UHGV virus genome: UHGV-0071189
From: a virus
Direction: 5' to 3' (one strand)
Length of the DNA stretch: 35,719 bases
Numbering within the stretch: position 1 is the first letter of the stretch; each line of letters starts with the position of its first letter. The notes below the pieces were generated by a model. The model saw only the letters and a program-made list of their open reading frames with translations, was not told the origin of the DNA and searched no databases. Made by a program: the position numbers and the translations under genes. Positions 9,262 through 18,282 of this stretch are shown in pieces.

Positions 9262-9291
9262 AAAACCGCTAATGGTCAGATTAGCGGTTTT
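9262..9291. terminator. Bidirectional terminator: perfect 12-bp stem AAAACCGCTAAT/ATTAGCGGTTTT, loop GGTCAG, between convergent U and invertase
   Basis: Seen directly; flanked by A-run and T-run; right arm overlaps the invertase stop codon. Confidence 0.6.
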
Positions 9292-9880
9292 CATTTTCCT
9301 GAGTCTGCCCGGTTGTTTCTTCAGTCTGTATATCGCCTACAGGGTGATAACGATAAATCGTCGATGTGCCAATGCCGTAAATTATTGCCAGTTGTTTTCT
9401 GTCGTGCCCGTTTTTGATTAGCCTTGCTATTTGCTCATGCTGTTCTTTTGTCAGCTTCGGTCGACGTCCGCCTGTGCGCCCCCTTGCGCGCGCTGCCGCC
9501 AGCCCGGCCAGTGTACGTTCAACAATTAATTCACGTTCCATTTCAGCCAGGGCACCCATCACGTGGAAGAAAAAACGCCCCATTGGAGAAGATGTGTCTA
9601 TGCTGTCGGTCAGACTGCGAAAATTAATCCCTCGCTCCCGTAGTTCCCCGACGAGAGAAATCAGATGTTTCATGCTTCGCCCGAGGCGATCCAGTTTCCA
9701 GACAACCAGCGTGTCACCTTTTTGAAGGCGCTTTAAAGCGCGTTTTAATCCCGGTCGGTCTGTCTTTGTCCCGCTTAATTTATCTTCAAATATTTGTTCA
9801 CATCCTGCACAAACAAGAGCGTTTCGTTGCAGGTCTGTATTCTGGTCATTTGTTGATACCCTTACATAGCCAATCAGCAC
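9281..9880 (-). CDS. Site-specific DNA invertase, serine recombinase of the Gin/Hin/Cin/Pin family
   Basis: LIGYVRVSTNDQ catalytic-serine motif, resolvase core and C-terminal HTH (GTSTIYRY); start taken at GTG 9880 with GGGAGA RBS (track start TTG 9898). Confidence 0.85.
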   Translation of the reverse strand: MLIGYVRVSTNDQNTDLQRNALVCAGCEQIFEDKLSGTKTDRPGLKRALKRLQKGDTLVVWKLDRLGRSMKHLISLVGELRERGINFRSLTDSIDTSSPMGRFFFHVMGALAEMERELIVERTLAGLAAARARGRTGGRRPKLTKEQHEQIARLIKNGHDRKQLAIIYGIGTSTIYRYHPVGDIQTEETTGQTQENENR

Positions 9881-9934
9881 ACTGAATCTCCCGTCCAAAA
9901 GCGCAAATCATGCCATGCAGGCCAGAAACGGCCA

Positions 9935-9960
9935 TTATTTAAAACCTCGGTTTACGAGAA
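9935..9960. repeat. gix/hix-like recombination site (right boundary of invertible segment), TTATTTAAAACCTCGGTTTACGAGAA
   Basis: Palindromic AAACC-TC-GGTTT core typical of Gin/Hin crossover sites; inverted copy at 12613..12638. Confidence 0.75.
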
Positions 9961-10656
9961 CTCGGCACAAGCGGGGAGAAAATACCGTTACTCAGTACAG
10001 CGAATACCTGGACTAATCGACAAACATTCAGCGGTGGCCTTTCTGGGGAACTGTCCGGCAATGCCGCTACTGCAACAAAGTTGAAAACAGCACGAAAAAT
10101 TGCTGGAGTTGGTTTTGATGGTTCTAGCGATATTTCAATTAGTGCCAAAAATGTCAATGCATTTGCACTCCGACAAACAGGTAATACTGTTAATGGTGAT
10201 ACATCCGTTGGATGGAATTGGGATAGTGGTGCATATAACGCCCTGATTGGTGGTGCATCTGCATTAATTCTTCACTTTAATATAAATGCTGGTAGCTGTC
10301 CTGCCGTACAATTCCGTGTGAATTATAAAAATGGTGGCATTTCCTACAGGTCGGCTCGTGATGGTTATGGGTTTGAATTAGGTTGGTCAGATTTCTATAC
10401 CACGACACGAAAACCTTCAGCGGGAGATGTTGGTGCATATACGCAGGCAGAATGTAACTCAAGGTTTATTACAGGTATTCGCCTTGGCGGCCTGTCATCT
10501 GTTCAGACATGGAATGGTCCCGGCTGGTCTGACAGGTCAGGTTATGTCGTTACGGGTTCAGTTAACGGAAACCGTGATGAATTAATTGATACAACACAGG
10601 CAAGGCCAATTCAGTATTGCATTAATGGGACGTGGTATAACGCGGGGAGTATTTAA
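9949..10656 (+). CDS. Alternative tail-fibre C-terminal coding segment (Hv'), silent in this orientation; no start codon of its own
   Basis: Frame open from just inside the gix site (stop TAA at 9940..9942 lies outside); encodes fibre-like sequence ...NAATATKLKTARKIAGVGFDGSSDIS... Confidence 0.7.
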   Translation, partial: GLRELGTSGEKIPLLSTANTWTNRQTFSGGLSGELSGNAATATKLKTARKIAGVGFDGSSDISISAKNVNAFALRQTGNTVNGDTSVGWNWDSGAYNALIGGASALILHFNINAGSCPAVQFRVNYKNGGISYRSARDGYGFELGWSDFYTTTRKPSAGDVGAYTQAECNSRFITGIRLGGLSSVQTWNGPGWSDRSGYVVTGSVNGNRDELIDTTQARPIQYCINGTWYNAGSI

Positions 10657-10658
10657 CG

Positions 10659-11192
10659 ATGATGCACTTAAAAAACATTACTGCTGGCAACCCTAAAACA
10701 AAAGAGCAATACCAGCTAACAAGGCAATTTAACATCAAATGGCTTTATTCAGATGATGGAAAAAACTGGTATGAGGAACAAAAGAATTTCCAGCCAGACA
10801 CTTTGAAAATGGTCTATGACCATAACGGCGTTATTATTTGTATTGAAAAGGATGTTTCAGCAATTAATCCGGAAGGCGCAAGCGTCGTTGAATTACCTGA
10901 TATTACAGCAAATCGCCGGGCTGATATTTCGGGGAAATGGATGTTCAAAGATGGCGTAGTGATAAAGCGAACTTATACCGAGGAAGAGCAGAGGCAACAA
11001 GCGGAAAATGAAAAGCAAAGCCTGTTGCAACTTGTCAGGGATAAAACCCAGCTATGGGACTCACAGCTACGGCTGGGCATCATTTCCGACGAGAATAAAC
11101 AAAAATTAACCGAGTGGATGCTCTATGCGCAGAAAGTCGAATCTACAGACACCTCCAGCCTGCCAGTAACGTTTCCCGAACAACCAGAATGA
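10659..11192 (+). CDS. Alternative tail fibre assembly protein (Tfa'), paired with the silent fibre tip
   Basis: 177 aa, same family and about half identical to the expressed Tfa at 11221..11748 (shared [28 protein letters not shown]). Confidence 0.8.
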   Translation: MMHLKNITAGNPKTKEQYQLTRQFNIKWLYSDDGKNWYEEQKNFQPDTLKMVYDHNGVIICIEKDVSAINPEGASVVELPDITANRRADISGKWMFKDGVVIKRTYTEEEQRQQAENEKQSLLQLVRDKTQLWDSQLRLGIISDENKQKLTEWMLYAQKVESTDTSSLPVTFPEQPE

Positions 11193-11195
11193 GAG

Positions 11196-11215
11196 AAGGC
11201 CCGATATTGGGCCTT
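11196..11215. terminator. Hairpin AAGGCCC-GATATT-GGGCCTT between the two convergent tfa genes (bidirectional terminator)
   Basis: Perfect 7-bp GC-rich stem between convergent stop codons. Confidence 0.5.
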
Positions 11216-11220
11216 AATTT

Positions 11221-11748
11221 TTACTCAGGCTTTTGTGGCCATTCGGGATTTGCTGTATCCACACGGCTGACCAGAACGCTGTAGCGTTCCCATGACTCCA
11301 GTCGTGTGCGTTCCTCATCCGTCGCCATATTCAGCCTGACAGCGCGTTCCAGTGGCTGAATAACGCTTTCAGCTTCAGAAAGCAACGCGACCTTTTGTGA
11401 TTCGGCCTGTTGTTGCTGTTCGTCTGCTGTATAAATCCGCTTAACCACAGTTCCGTCCTTAAACATCCACTTCCCTGAATCATCGGCACGACGATTGGCT
11501 GTTATATCTGGAATCTCAACGACACTAAAGCCTTCGGGATTAAGCGTTGAGGCATCTTTGGTTATGGCAACAATAATATTATTTTCGTCGTATACAATCT
11601 TTATGGTGTCGTCCTGAAAGTTATTTACTTCCTCATACCAGTTTTTACCGTCTTCGGACCATAACCAGATAACATCAAAATTCTTTGTTAGCTGATATTG
11701 TTCTTTTGTTTTTGGATTTCCGGACTTAATATTTTTTAAATGCTGCAT
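11221..11748 (-). CDS. G: Tail fibre assembly protein G (expressed orientation)
   Basis: 175 aa directly downstream of H; Tfa-family motifs. Confidence 0.85.
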   Translation of the reverse strand: MQHLKNIKSGNPKTKEQYQLTKNFDVIWLWSEDGKNWYEEVNNFQDDTIKIVYDENNIIVAITKDASTLNPEGFSVVEIPDITANRRADDSGKWMFKDGTVVKRIYTADEQQQQAESQKVALLSEAESVIQPLERAVRLNMATDEERTRLESWERYSVLVSRVDTANPEWPQKPE

Positions 11749-11751
11749 AAT

Positions 11752-13902
11752 TTACACCTGTGCGACGTTATACCATGTGCCATTGATGTATTTTTGTATT
11801 GGTCTGAAGATGGCTTCATCATCGCCATCTACTTCACCAATGATTCTTAATCCGGTAATTGCGTGTCCGGCTTTTTCATAACGACCACCACGCGCCATCA
11901 ATTGAACAACACGCGTACCCAGGCGAACATCTTTTACATAGCGTGAATCAAAATTCCCCCAGTTGCTGGGCTGTATCTGACCGTTAACAGAAAATATTAC
12001 CGAGTTATCTGTATTTCGCTGGCTATAGAAATGCCATCCTGCCTCATCGCCTAACTCTGCAACTACTGGACGGGTTGAAGCACCCCATAAATTAAACGTT
12101 GCATTCTTTGTGGAGGTGTTGGAGCTGGATAGCGAGAACTTTTTACTATCACCTGCCTGAATGTTTTTAAAAGCAATAGCAACTCCATTCTGAAAGCGGA
12201 ATACTCGCTGACTATTAGCGTAAACATCCAGAATACCATCACCATTCTGTTTGAATCCGGTGTCATTATCACCAAGAACAATAGAGCTACCACCTAACGC
12301 ATTCGTCGTACCAACTCCAAGACTGCCATTAATGACGGCATTTACCAGAATATTTAGTGCATCCCATTTCAGCGTCATCAGGTCTTTTGTTGTGGTGCTC
12401 TGGCGGCTTCTCCATTTGAAATATTCATTGCCGTTGTCGCCTGTTTCAAACCACATGTATGAATCAGTGTCACCATCAGCATCATTTTTAAATCCAATCT
12501 TCGCCCAGTCAGTATTTCGAATCCAGGCAAGGATTGAGTCATTTTCAAAAGTAAGCCCACCGGACAAGGTATCGCCATTTTTTTGCACGGCGTTACCAGC
12601 CCTGTTTACCGTTTCCTGTAAACCGAGGTATTCGATAACGGCGGCAACGGTCGATTTCGCAAGAATATCCCGCCCGACTTTTGTCAGAGTTGCCAGGCTG
12701 GCGACATCATTCCCCGTAAAATACGGAAACCTGTCTGCCGCAGTAGCAAGCCCGGCCAGCGCCGTCAGGGTGGCATCTTTCGGTTGCTTACCCGCAAGCG
12801 CGTTAGTCATGGTGGTCGCAAAATTCGGGTCGTTGCCCAACGCCGCAGCCAGCTCGTTCAGCGTGTTCAGTGCATCAGGTGACGAATCTACAAGGGCGGC
12901 AATCGCAGCCATAACGAAAGCCGTGCTTGCGATTTGGGTATTATTCGTTCCCTGTCGCGCAGTTGGTGTTGTTGGCGTTCCGGTCAGCGCCGGGCTGTTT
13001 AATGGGGCTTTCTTATTTGTTTCATCCATTACCGCCTTAACCGCTTTCGATGTCGCGGCCAATGTTTCAGACGAGCTGTTGGTGGCACTACTGAGCTGGA
13101 CAATCCCTTTTTGTGCTGTCGTGGCGTCCTGAGCGGTATATTTTGCGTTAGCAAGATCATACGCGGCCTTTACTGCTTTCGGCGTTGCAGCCTGCGTTTC
13201 AGACGTGCTGTTGGTGGCGCTACTGAGCTGGACAAGGCCTTTTCGCGTCGTGCTGGCATCCTGCGCAGTATATTTACCGTTAGCAAGATCATACGCGGCC
13301 TTAACCGCTTTCGGCGTTGCAGCCTGCGTTTCAGACACGCTGTTAGTGGCGCTACTGAGTTGAACAAAGCCTTTTGCGGTCAGCGAGGCGTCCGGGTGAC
13401 GTCGTGACTGTTCATGCTCTTTCAGTTTGTCATCCACGTAATCCACTGTGGCCATCACCATGGTGTTATCCACGGTAAGCGCCACGGTGGCAGTGCTGGA
13501 TACGGTCAGAATGGTGCGAAATGTTTGTGCACGACCGGACCCTTCGGCAACGGCTGGCTTGTAACTTTCGGCAGTATTGCCCACCGCGATTAAATCGCCG
13601 TGCTCATCAAATACACCAATTTCCCGGATCCAGAATCCGCCCGTTTCTGGAGGAATAACCAGCTCTGCAATAATGCGGTTCTGATGTGTTGCGTCCAGGA
13701 TGACGCGATTAACAGTGTGTCGCCACACCTCATGCACCAGACGGGTCTGCTTACTGTCAGGTGTGGGCAATGTACCGCCACCGTCGCCCACGGCCATATG
13801 AGTCAGGCGGACAGGCTTACCATCTGGCGCGGCTGCCTGCGCTAATTTTTTTGCACCCGTATCGGTGATAACGGTTTTAAATTTTCGTGTTGTGGTACTC
13901 AT
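11752..13902 (-). CDS. H: Tail fibre protein H (constant N-terminal part 13902..~12626 plus variable C-terminal part inside the invertible segment)
   Basis: 716 aa; conserved fibre N-terminus; three tandem 39-aa repeats; gix site at codons VIEYLG. Confidence 0.85.
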   Translation of the reverse strand: MSTTTRKFKTVITDTGAKKLAQAAAPDGKPVRLTHMAVGDGGGTLPTPDSKQTRLVHEVWRHTVNRVILDATHQNRIIAELVIPPETGGFWIREIGVFDEHGDLIAVGNTAESYKPAVAEGSGRAQTFRTILTVSSTATVALTVDNTMVMATVDYVDDKLKEHEQSRRHPDASLTAKGFVQLSSATNSVSETQAATPKAVKAAYDLANGKYTAQDASTTRKGLVQLSSATNSTSETQAATPKAVKAAYDLANAKYTAQDATTAQKGIVQLSSATNSSSETLAATSKAVKAVMDETNKKAPLNSPALTGTPTTPTARQGTNNTQIASTAFVMAAIAALVDSSPDALNTLNELAAALGNDPNFATTMTNALAGKQPKDATLTALAGLATAADRFPYFTGNDVASLATLTKVGRDILAKSTVAAVIEYLGLQETVNRAGNAVQKNGDTLSGGLTFENDSILAWIRNTDWAKIGFKNDADGDTDSYMWFETGDNGNEYFKWRSRQSTTTKDLMTLKWDALNILVNAVINGSLGVGTTNALGGSSIVLGDNDTGFKQNGDGILDVYANSQRVFRFQNGVAIAFKNIQAGDSKKFSLSSSNTSTKNATFNLWGASTRPVVAELGDEAGWHFYSQRNTDNSVIFSVNGQIQPSNWGNFDSRYVKDVRLGTRVVQLMARGGRYEKAGHAITGLRIIGEVDGDDEAIFRPIQKYINGTWYNVAQV
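12613..12638. repeat. gix/hix-like recombination site inside H (left boundary of invertible segment), TTCCTGTAAACCGAGGTATTCGATAA
   Basis: Inverted copy of the site at 9935..9960; identical central GTAAACCGAGGT. Confidence 0.75.
13039..13374 (-). repeat. Three tandem 117-bp (39-aa) repeats within H (KG.VQLSSATNS.SETQAATPKAVKAAYDLAN.KYTAQDA)
   Basis: Repeats read directly in the H translation; also produce the repetitive spurious antisense ORF 13111..13407. Confidence 0.75.
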
Positions 13903-13904
13903 GC

Positions 13905-14435
13905 TTAATCGTCCGGATAAATGGTAATGACTTCACCGTCGTAAGTTGCTGCCGCCGCGAAAATATCACCAGGGATCTCCTGAATGATATTCAGCCCTGT
14001 CATGTGGCGGCTGACCGGGCGGGCATCAGCAATCAACCGCTCCATTTCCAGATACATTTCCTCCGTCACGCCACTGTCCAGCGTGCCCACTTCAACGGTA
14101 AATGTTCCCGGTTCTCCGCCGAACTCCCACCACTCAGACACACGAATGAGGTATCCCAGCGGCTCAATGGCCCGGCGCAGTGCGCTGATGGTTCCCTTGT
14201 GTCGGTGTATCAGCCATGCATCACGAATCACCTGTCGTTTTGTCTCTTCCGGCCAGTTGCGATCCCAGCGGTCAACGGAAAATGCCCAGGCGAGATAAGG
14301 CAGCAGGTGCACCGGGCAGGTGTCCGGCGACCACAGCGTGTTGAGGTCTACCGGGATGTCTGTAATGCGCGTTCCGACAGCTTCGGCACAACGCATGAAA
14401 TTGCTGGCTGATGGCGGTAACAGTGAATTACTCAT
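13905..14435 (-). CDS. I: Baseplate/tail protein I
   Basis: Size and position match P2 gpI; start set at internal ATG 14435 with AAGGTGG RBS (track start 14468). Confidence 0.75.
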   Translation of the reverse strand: MSNSLLPPSASNFMRCAEAVGTRITDIPVDLNTLWSPDTCPVHLLPYLAWAFSVDRWDRNWPEETKRQVIRDAWLIHRHKGTISALRRAIEPLGYLIRVSEWWEFGGEPGTFTVEVGTLDSGVTEEMYLEMERLIADARPVSRHMTGLNIIQEIPGDIFAAAATYDGEVITIYPDD

Positions 14436-15324
14436 TACGCCCACCTTCGCTGATGGTGAATGATTCACAGCGCGCCGCCTGTATGTCGCTGATGGCCATA
14501 TTCTGTGTGGGTTCGATTATCTCCACGCGTTGCACGCCGTGTACATGAAGTGCGGCAGCAATGGCGGACAACGCCACGTCCTGACCGATAAGCCCCTGTT
14601 CAGCCAGCCACTTCCTGAATGACGATTCCGCCGCGGCCAGAATAGGTTCGGATTCCGGACCGGGGTAAAAGTACAGTTTTGCATTCAGCCGCCATGTCAC
14701 GATGCTGGCGCTCTGTACGGTCAGGCGGTCGGCCACCGGGCGGGTATCCTCTGCATTCAGAACGGCGCGAACGGTATTAAGCAACGCCTCCGTTGCCGTG
14801 CCGTCGCCTTCAGTGGACAGGATGGAAACCGTCACATTTGCCGGAGACGGACTGATAGCCCGCGCATCACGCACCAGACCGCTGGCGCTGCGGGCAAAAT
14901 ACTCGTATGCACCTGACGGGCCAGCAACACTCAGGCCGTCGTACGCCCGCTGCGCCCGCAGTCTCAGCGAGGTGTCGCTCTCCATCACCGCGTCGGTGGT
15001 ATCCGTTGCCGGAGTGATAACCAGGCGCTTTGTGTTCATATTGCCCGCGAGGTTGTCCAGGTCTGTCCCGGCGCTGTGGCTTAACATGCAGGCGCGTGCA
15101 CCCTCGTTAACCCGCTGGCGTAACAGCATTTCACGAAACGACATGGTTTGAGCGATAACGTTAAGGGGTTCCGATTCCAGCTCCAGCGCGGCGGAAACGG
15201 CTTCACGCTGTTCGGCGGGATAAGCCGCAATCATCATGGCCTTTGTGTCAGCCAGAATTGCTTCAAAGTCAGGCTCCGCGATGATGGCGGGTTCCGGTAA
15301 CTGGGAAAGGTCAACGGCGGGCAT
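14428..15324 (-). CDS. J: Baseplate assembly protein J
   Basis: 298 aa between W and I, matching P2 gpJ size and position. Confidence 0.8.
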   Translation of the reverse strand: MPAVDLSQLPEPAIIAEPDFEAILADTKAMMIAAYPAEQREAVSAALELESEPLNVIAQTMSFREMLLRQRVNEGARACMLSHSAGTDLDNLAGNMNTKRLVITPATDTTDAVMESDTSLRLRAQRAYDGLSVAGPSGAYEYFARSASGLVRDARAISPSPANVTVSILSTEGDGTATEALLNTVRAVLNAEDTRPVADRLTVQSASIVTWRLNAKLYFYPGPESEPILAAAESSFRKWLAEQGLIGQDVALSAIAAALHVHGVQRVEIIEPTQNMAISDIQAARCESFTISEGGRNE

Positions 15325-15327
15325 GAT

Positions 15328-15678
15328 TTACTCCCTCAGCGTGATGGTTAATTCAACATTCTGCATGGTCTGCATGACAGTGCCCGACAGCGTCACCCCG
15401 GCGCGGCCTCCCGCTTTCCAGACAACGTCGATGGCGTCCAGGGCAATGCGGGGTTCCCATCGTGTCAGCGCAATCACGGCAGCACTCATGCATTGCAGAC
15501 GCGTGGTGTTATTCATGGGTTCGTCAATCAAATCAGGCACAAGGCTGCCATATTCCCGTCGCATAACCCGGCTTGCCAGCGGGGTGGTCAGGATGTCCCT
15601 GACTGACTGTTTCAGGTGCTCCGTATCGTTCAGGTTTCCCGTCCCGTCCGGATTCATTCCTGTGTAGCGGGTTGTCAC
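15328..15678 (-). CDS. W: Baseplate protein W (gp25-like)
   Basis: 116 aa, position between V and J as in P2. Confidence 0.8.
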   Translation of the reverse strand: MTTRYTGMNPDGTGNLNDTEHLKQSVRDILTTPLASRVMRREYGSLVPDLIDEPMNNTTRLQCMSAAVIALTRWEPRIALDAIDVVWKAGGRAGVTLSGTVMQTMQNVELTITLRE

Positions 15679-16256
15679 TGCGGGCCTCCTGTCGAATCGC
15701 TGCCGCCTTTCACGCCACCGTGTTTATGCGTATGCACGGTAATGCCGTTTGAGGTGAAGTTGCCGCCGCTGTGCGTGATATTGCCGCTCATCTTTCCTCC
15801 TTTTGTGACGTCAAGCGTCGCTGTTCTCAGAAGGTTTGTGCATTCCACGACGGGCGTATCCAGTTTCACGCTGACGGATGCCTGTAAAGTGGCCGTTTTC
15901 ATGCCGCTGGCACTCAGTGCGCCTGCGTCCGCGTCGTAGCGGAACACCGCGCCATCCGGCGCGCTGACCACGATTTCTTTCAGGCTTTTGCCGGGTGCCG
16001 GACTGGCATCACTCCACAGGCTGCCAATTATCATGGCGGTTTCCGGGTTGCCGCCAATGCAGGCAATTACCACCTGTTCGCCGGGTGATGGCGGCAGCCA
16101 CACATTGAAGGCTCCCGCGCGCGTGGTGTTCCAGCGCAACCAGCCTGTTTCCAGTTCGCCGCTGCGAACGCGCACGCGCCAGGACTTCTCATCAACTTCA
16201 GAGATGATCCCGGTGCGGATGATGTTGCTCAGCAGTCGCATGAGTTCTGCGCTCAC
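15675..16256 (-). CDS. V: Baseplate spike/assembly protein V
   Basis: IRTGIISEVD...VECTNLL...KGGKMSGNITHSGG..HTHKH matches P2 gpV. Confidence 0.85.
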   Translation of the reverse strand: MSAELMRLLSNIIRTGIISEVDEKSWRVRVRSGELETGWLRWNTTRAGAFNVWLPPSPGEQVVIACIGGNPETAMIIGSLWSDASPAPGKSLKEIVVSAPDGAVFRYDADAGALSASGMKTATLQASVSVKLDTPVVECTNLLRTATLDVTKGGKMSGNITHSGGNFTSNGITVHTHKHGGVKGGSDSTGGPQ

Positions 16257-16897
16257 CGTACAGCCTCCGCAATCCGGCCCAGCACCGTGTTATAAATCAG
16301 GCGCTCATCTGCTTGGCTGATACCCAGCAGCTCACGTACCGGGTAATCGGTGAAAATGCCCGGCGCAACCTGATCGCGCTCACCGAACTGATGAACGCGT
16401 GCAATACGTGCGGCCACGCCGCTGTAACCCACCGTCACACCGGAAGCATCTGCACGGGCTTTCAGGTAGCGGGCGGTGCGCAGTTTTACGAACATGGGGA
16501 CGCGCTTTGTGCTGTCCTGGTTGATGCGCCGGGTGCGTATTTCCAGAAAGCGGTCGATGTCATCCCGGTAAAACATGCGGATGCTGTTTTTATCCTCATC
16601 CCACCCGGTGATGGTTCGCCCGTATTTCCCCGTGTCGTGATGCCAGTTTTTCAGCGTGCGTGCTTCGTTATTCCAGATAAAGCGAATGCGCTCCTGTATC
16701 CGGGTTACGCGGCGTCTGCGTGGTGTCCATGCGGTCCCGTCCGGCGCTTTCTGTGACCGGATGCGCGCCTGCTGGGCGCGGCGTAAATCCTGTGCCAGCT
16801 TTCTGGCGATGTTATTGATGGCCTGCTGATTCAGGCTGTCGCGGATGGCCTCAAAGGTTTCATCCACGCGGATGAATGCCTTATCCATCGCTTTCAC
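16253..16897 (-). CDS. Tail completion/virion morphogenesis protein (gpS-like)
   Basis: Position between R and V; 214 aa is larger than P2 gpS, so assignment is by synteny. Confidence 0.55.
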   Translation of the reverse strand: MKAMDKAFIRVDETFEAIRDSLNQQAINNIARKLAQDLRRAQQARIRSQKAPDGTAWTPRRRRVTRIQERIRFIWNNEARTLKNWHHDTGKYGRTITGWDEDKNSIRMFYRDDIDRFLEIRTRRINQDSTKRVPMFVKLRTARYLKARADASGVTVGYSGVAARIARVHQFGERDQVAPGIFTDYPVRELLGISQADERLIYNTVLGRIAEAVR

Positions 16898-17348
16898 CCC
16901 ACGTCACATCCTGGAATACATGCGACCAGTCGCCTTCGGAAGAGGGCAGGCGGGGTTTTGGCTCCGGCAGGTGTTCTGCCTGCGGTGTACCCTGACTGCT
17001 GCGCGTGATGCGAACGCGTTCCCGCAGGGGGAGCGTAAACAGGAGATCGGCGCTGTCATCGTCATTGATAACGGCAGAAAATTTGATGTCCTGATTACGC
17101 TCCGGATTGAGCAACAACTGTGGCTGATTTTCGGATAACCACGCCAGCAGCGGCAGCGTGAGGTCGTCCAGCTCTCCGGCGTAATCCATGACAAACATCA
17201 CCATCTGATAGCGGTAAACAAACGAAGGAGTTTCTCCGGTCGTTTCAATATTGCCGCTCTCCACGAAAATGGTGAATTTTTCCGGGTTGGCCTGACACCA
17301 TCGGCATGAACGGGTCATGGCTTCACGCAGGGAATCAGTTTTCAGCAT
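16881..17348 (-). CDS. R: Tail completion protein R
   Basis: N-terminus MLKTDSLREAMT...LLAWLSENQP resembles P2 gpR; 155 aa. Confidence 0.75.
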   Translation of the reverse strand: MLKTDSLREAMTRSCRWCQANPEKFTIFVESGNIETTGETPSFVYRYQMVMFVMDYAGELDDLTLPLLAWLSENQPQLLLNPERNQDIKFSAVINDDDSADLLFTLPLRERVRITRSSQGTPQAEHLPEPKPRLPSSEGDWSHVFQDVTWGESDG

Positions 17349-17655
17349 GGTTGTTATCCTCGTTGTTCAGTCGTTGCAGCCTGCGCTGTTCCAGTAATTC
17401 AATGGCCCGTTTATCCGCGTTACAGGTTTCCAGTGCATCCAGAAGGCGGTCGCCCCATATACCGAGATTTCCCCATGTGGGAGTATCAGGGAAGGGGGGA
17501 GGCGTTACCGGTATGGTCAGCGTCTGCGGTATAAGCCGGACTGACGGCGCTGGCCGTGGCGCGTTCTGCGTGCCTGCGCAACCTGTCAGTAAAACGAGCG
17601 TCAGGCAAAGCGTGGGCGCATTCATCTTTTGCAATATCGTTGCGTAGCTGTTCAC
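17335..17655 (-). CDS. Rz1/LysC-like o-spanin: proline-rich lipoprotein overlapping the 3' end of Rz in another frame
   Basis: Lipobox LLTGC followed by P-rich stretch; nested/overlapping arrangement typical of P2 lysB/lysC; true start probably the internal ATG at 17625. Confidence 0.6.
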   Translation of the reverse strand: MNSYATILQKMNAPTLCLTLVLLTGCAGTQNAPRPAPSVRLIPQTLTIPVTPPPFPDTPTWGNLGIWGDRLLDALETCNADKRAIELLEQRRLQRLNNEDNNHAEN

Positions 17656-17893
17656 GTCTGGCCTCTCCGTCCTGATTGCGTTGCTGATTTTCCACGCGGA
17701 GTTGCGCCAGCACCTGCTGCATATCCTGTACCCCGGTGCTGATGATATTCAGGGTGTCGACGGTACTTTTCAGGGTGCTGGCCTGCGCTTCGTTTCTGGC
17801 GTTCTCCCGGCCCAGCGACCACGACAGACGCATGGATGTTCCCCATGCGGCAATCAGAAGGAAAGCGACGCCAAGCGTGGGCCAGAGCTTCAT
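17486..17893 (-). CDS. Rz/LysB-like i-spanin
   Basis: N-terminal TM segment then coiled-coil; start ATG 17893 overlaps endolysin stop (ATGA). Confidence 0.65.
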   Translation of the reverse strand: MKLWPTLGVAFLLIAAWGTSMRLSWSLGRENARNEAQASTLKSTVDTLNIISTGVQDMQQVLAQLRVENQQRNQDGEARREQLRNDIAKDECAHALPDARFTDRLRRHAERATASAVSPAYTADADHTGNASPLP

Positions 17894-18282
17894 GCCGGAT
17901 AGGCTCCGTGTGGTAACTGAAAATGCGGTCCGTCTTTCAGGGTCTTCCAGTCGCCGCCCCATTCCACCGGAATATTCAGTTCCCGGCTGGCCTGTCTGAA
18001 TGCGGTTGCGATTTTTTCGTACAGCGGCCATTCCCATGACACCTGGCTGCCGATATAAGCCACAACATCCACGGCATGACCCGTAAGGTGGCGGCTGTTC
18101 ATGGTCTGGCTCTTACCCGTGGCCACCAGTTGCTTCTGGCGGTAACGGCTGCGCAACCCTTCGGTGATACCAAAATCCACTTCCGAGATTTCCAGTGCCC
18201 GCCGGGTCACTTTCACCAGATCAGGATTTACGCCCTGCAAATTCTTTTCGCTCCGGCTGCTGAATTTAAATGTGTTGCTCAT
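17890..18282 (-). CDS. Endolysin, peptidase M15 (L-alanyl-D-glutamate endopeptidase type)
   Basis: SRHLTGHAVDV zinc-binding H-x6-D motif; 130 aa; between holin and spanins. Confidence 0.75.
   Translation of the reverse strand: MSNTFKFSSRSEKNLQGVNPDLVKVTRRALEISEVDFGITEGLRSRYRQKQLVATGKSQTMNSRHLTGHAVDVVAYIGSQVSWEWPLYEKIATAFRQASRELNIPVEWGGDWKTLKDGPHFQLPHGAYPA

Larger units (their letters stand above)
9948..12625. mobile_element. Invertible tail-fibre segment (about 2.7 kb), analogous to Mu G / P1 C / e14 P segments
   Basis: Flanked by inverted gix-like sites; carries two opposed sets of tail-fibre C-terminus plus assembly gene; the crossover dinucleotide sits in a CTC codon in both orientations so either set fuses in frame to the constant part of H. 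Confidence 0.75.

Noticed and set aside
12251-13132. 293-aa ORF on the plus strand
   Set aside because: Antisense to tail fibre gene H, low-complexity repetitive translation caused by the tandem repeats, no RBS; an artefact of the open antisense frame
13111-13407. 98-aa plus-strand ORF with an internal duplicated motif
   Set aside because: Reflection of the H tandem repeats on the antisense strand, not an independent gene
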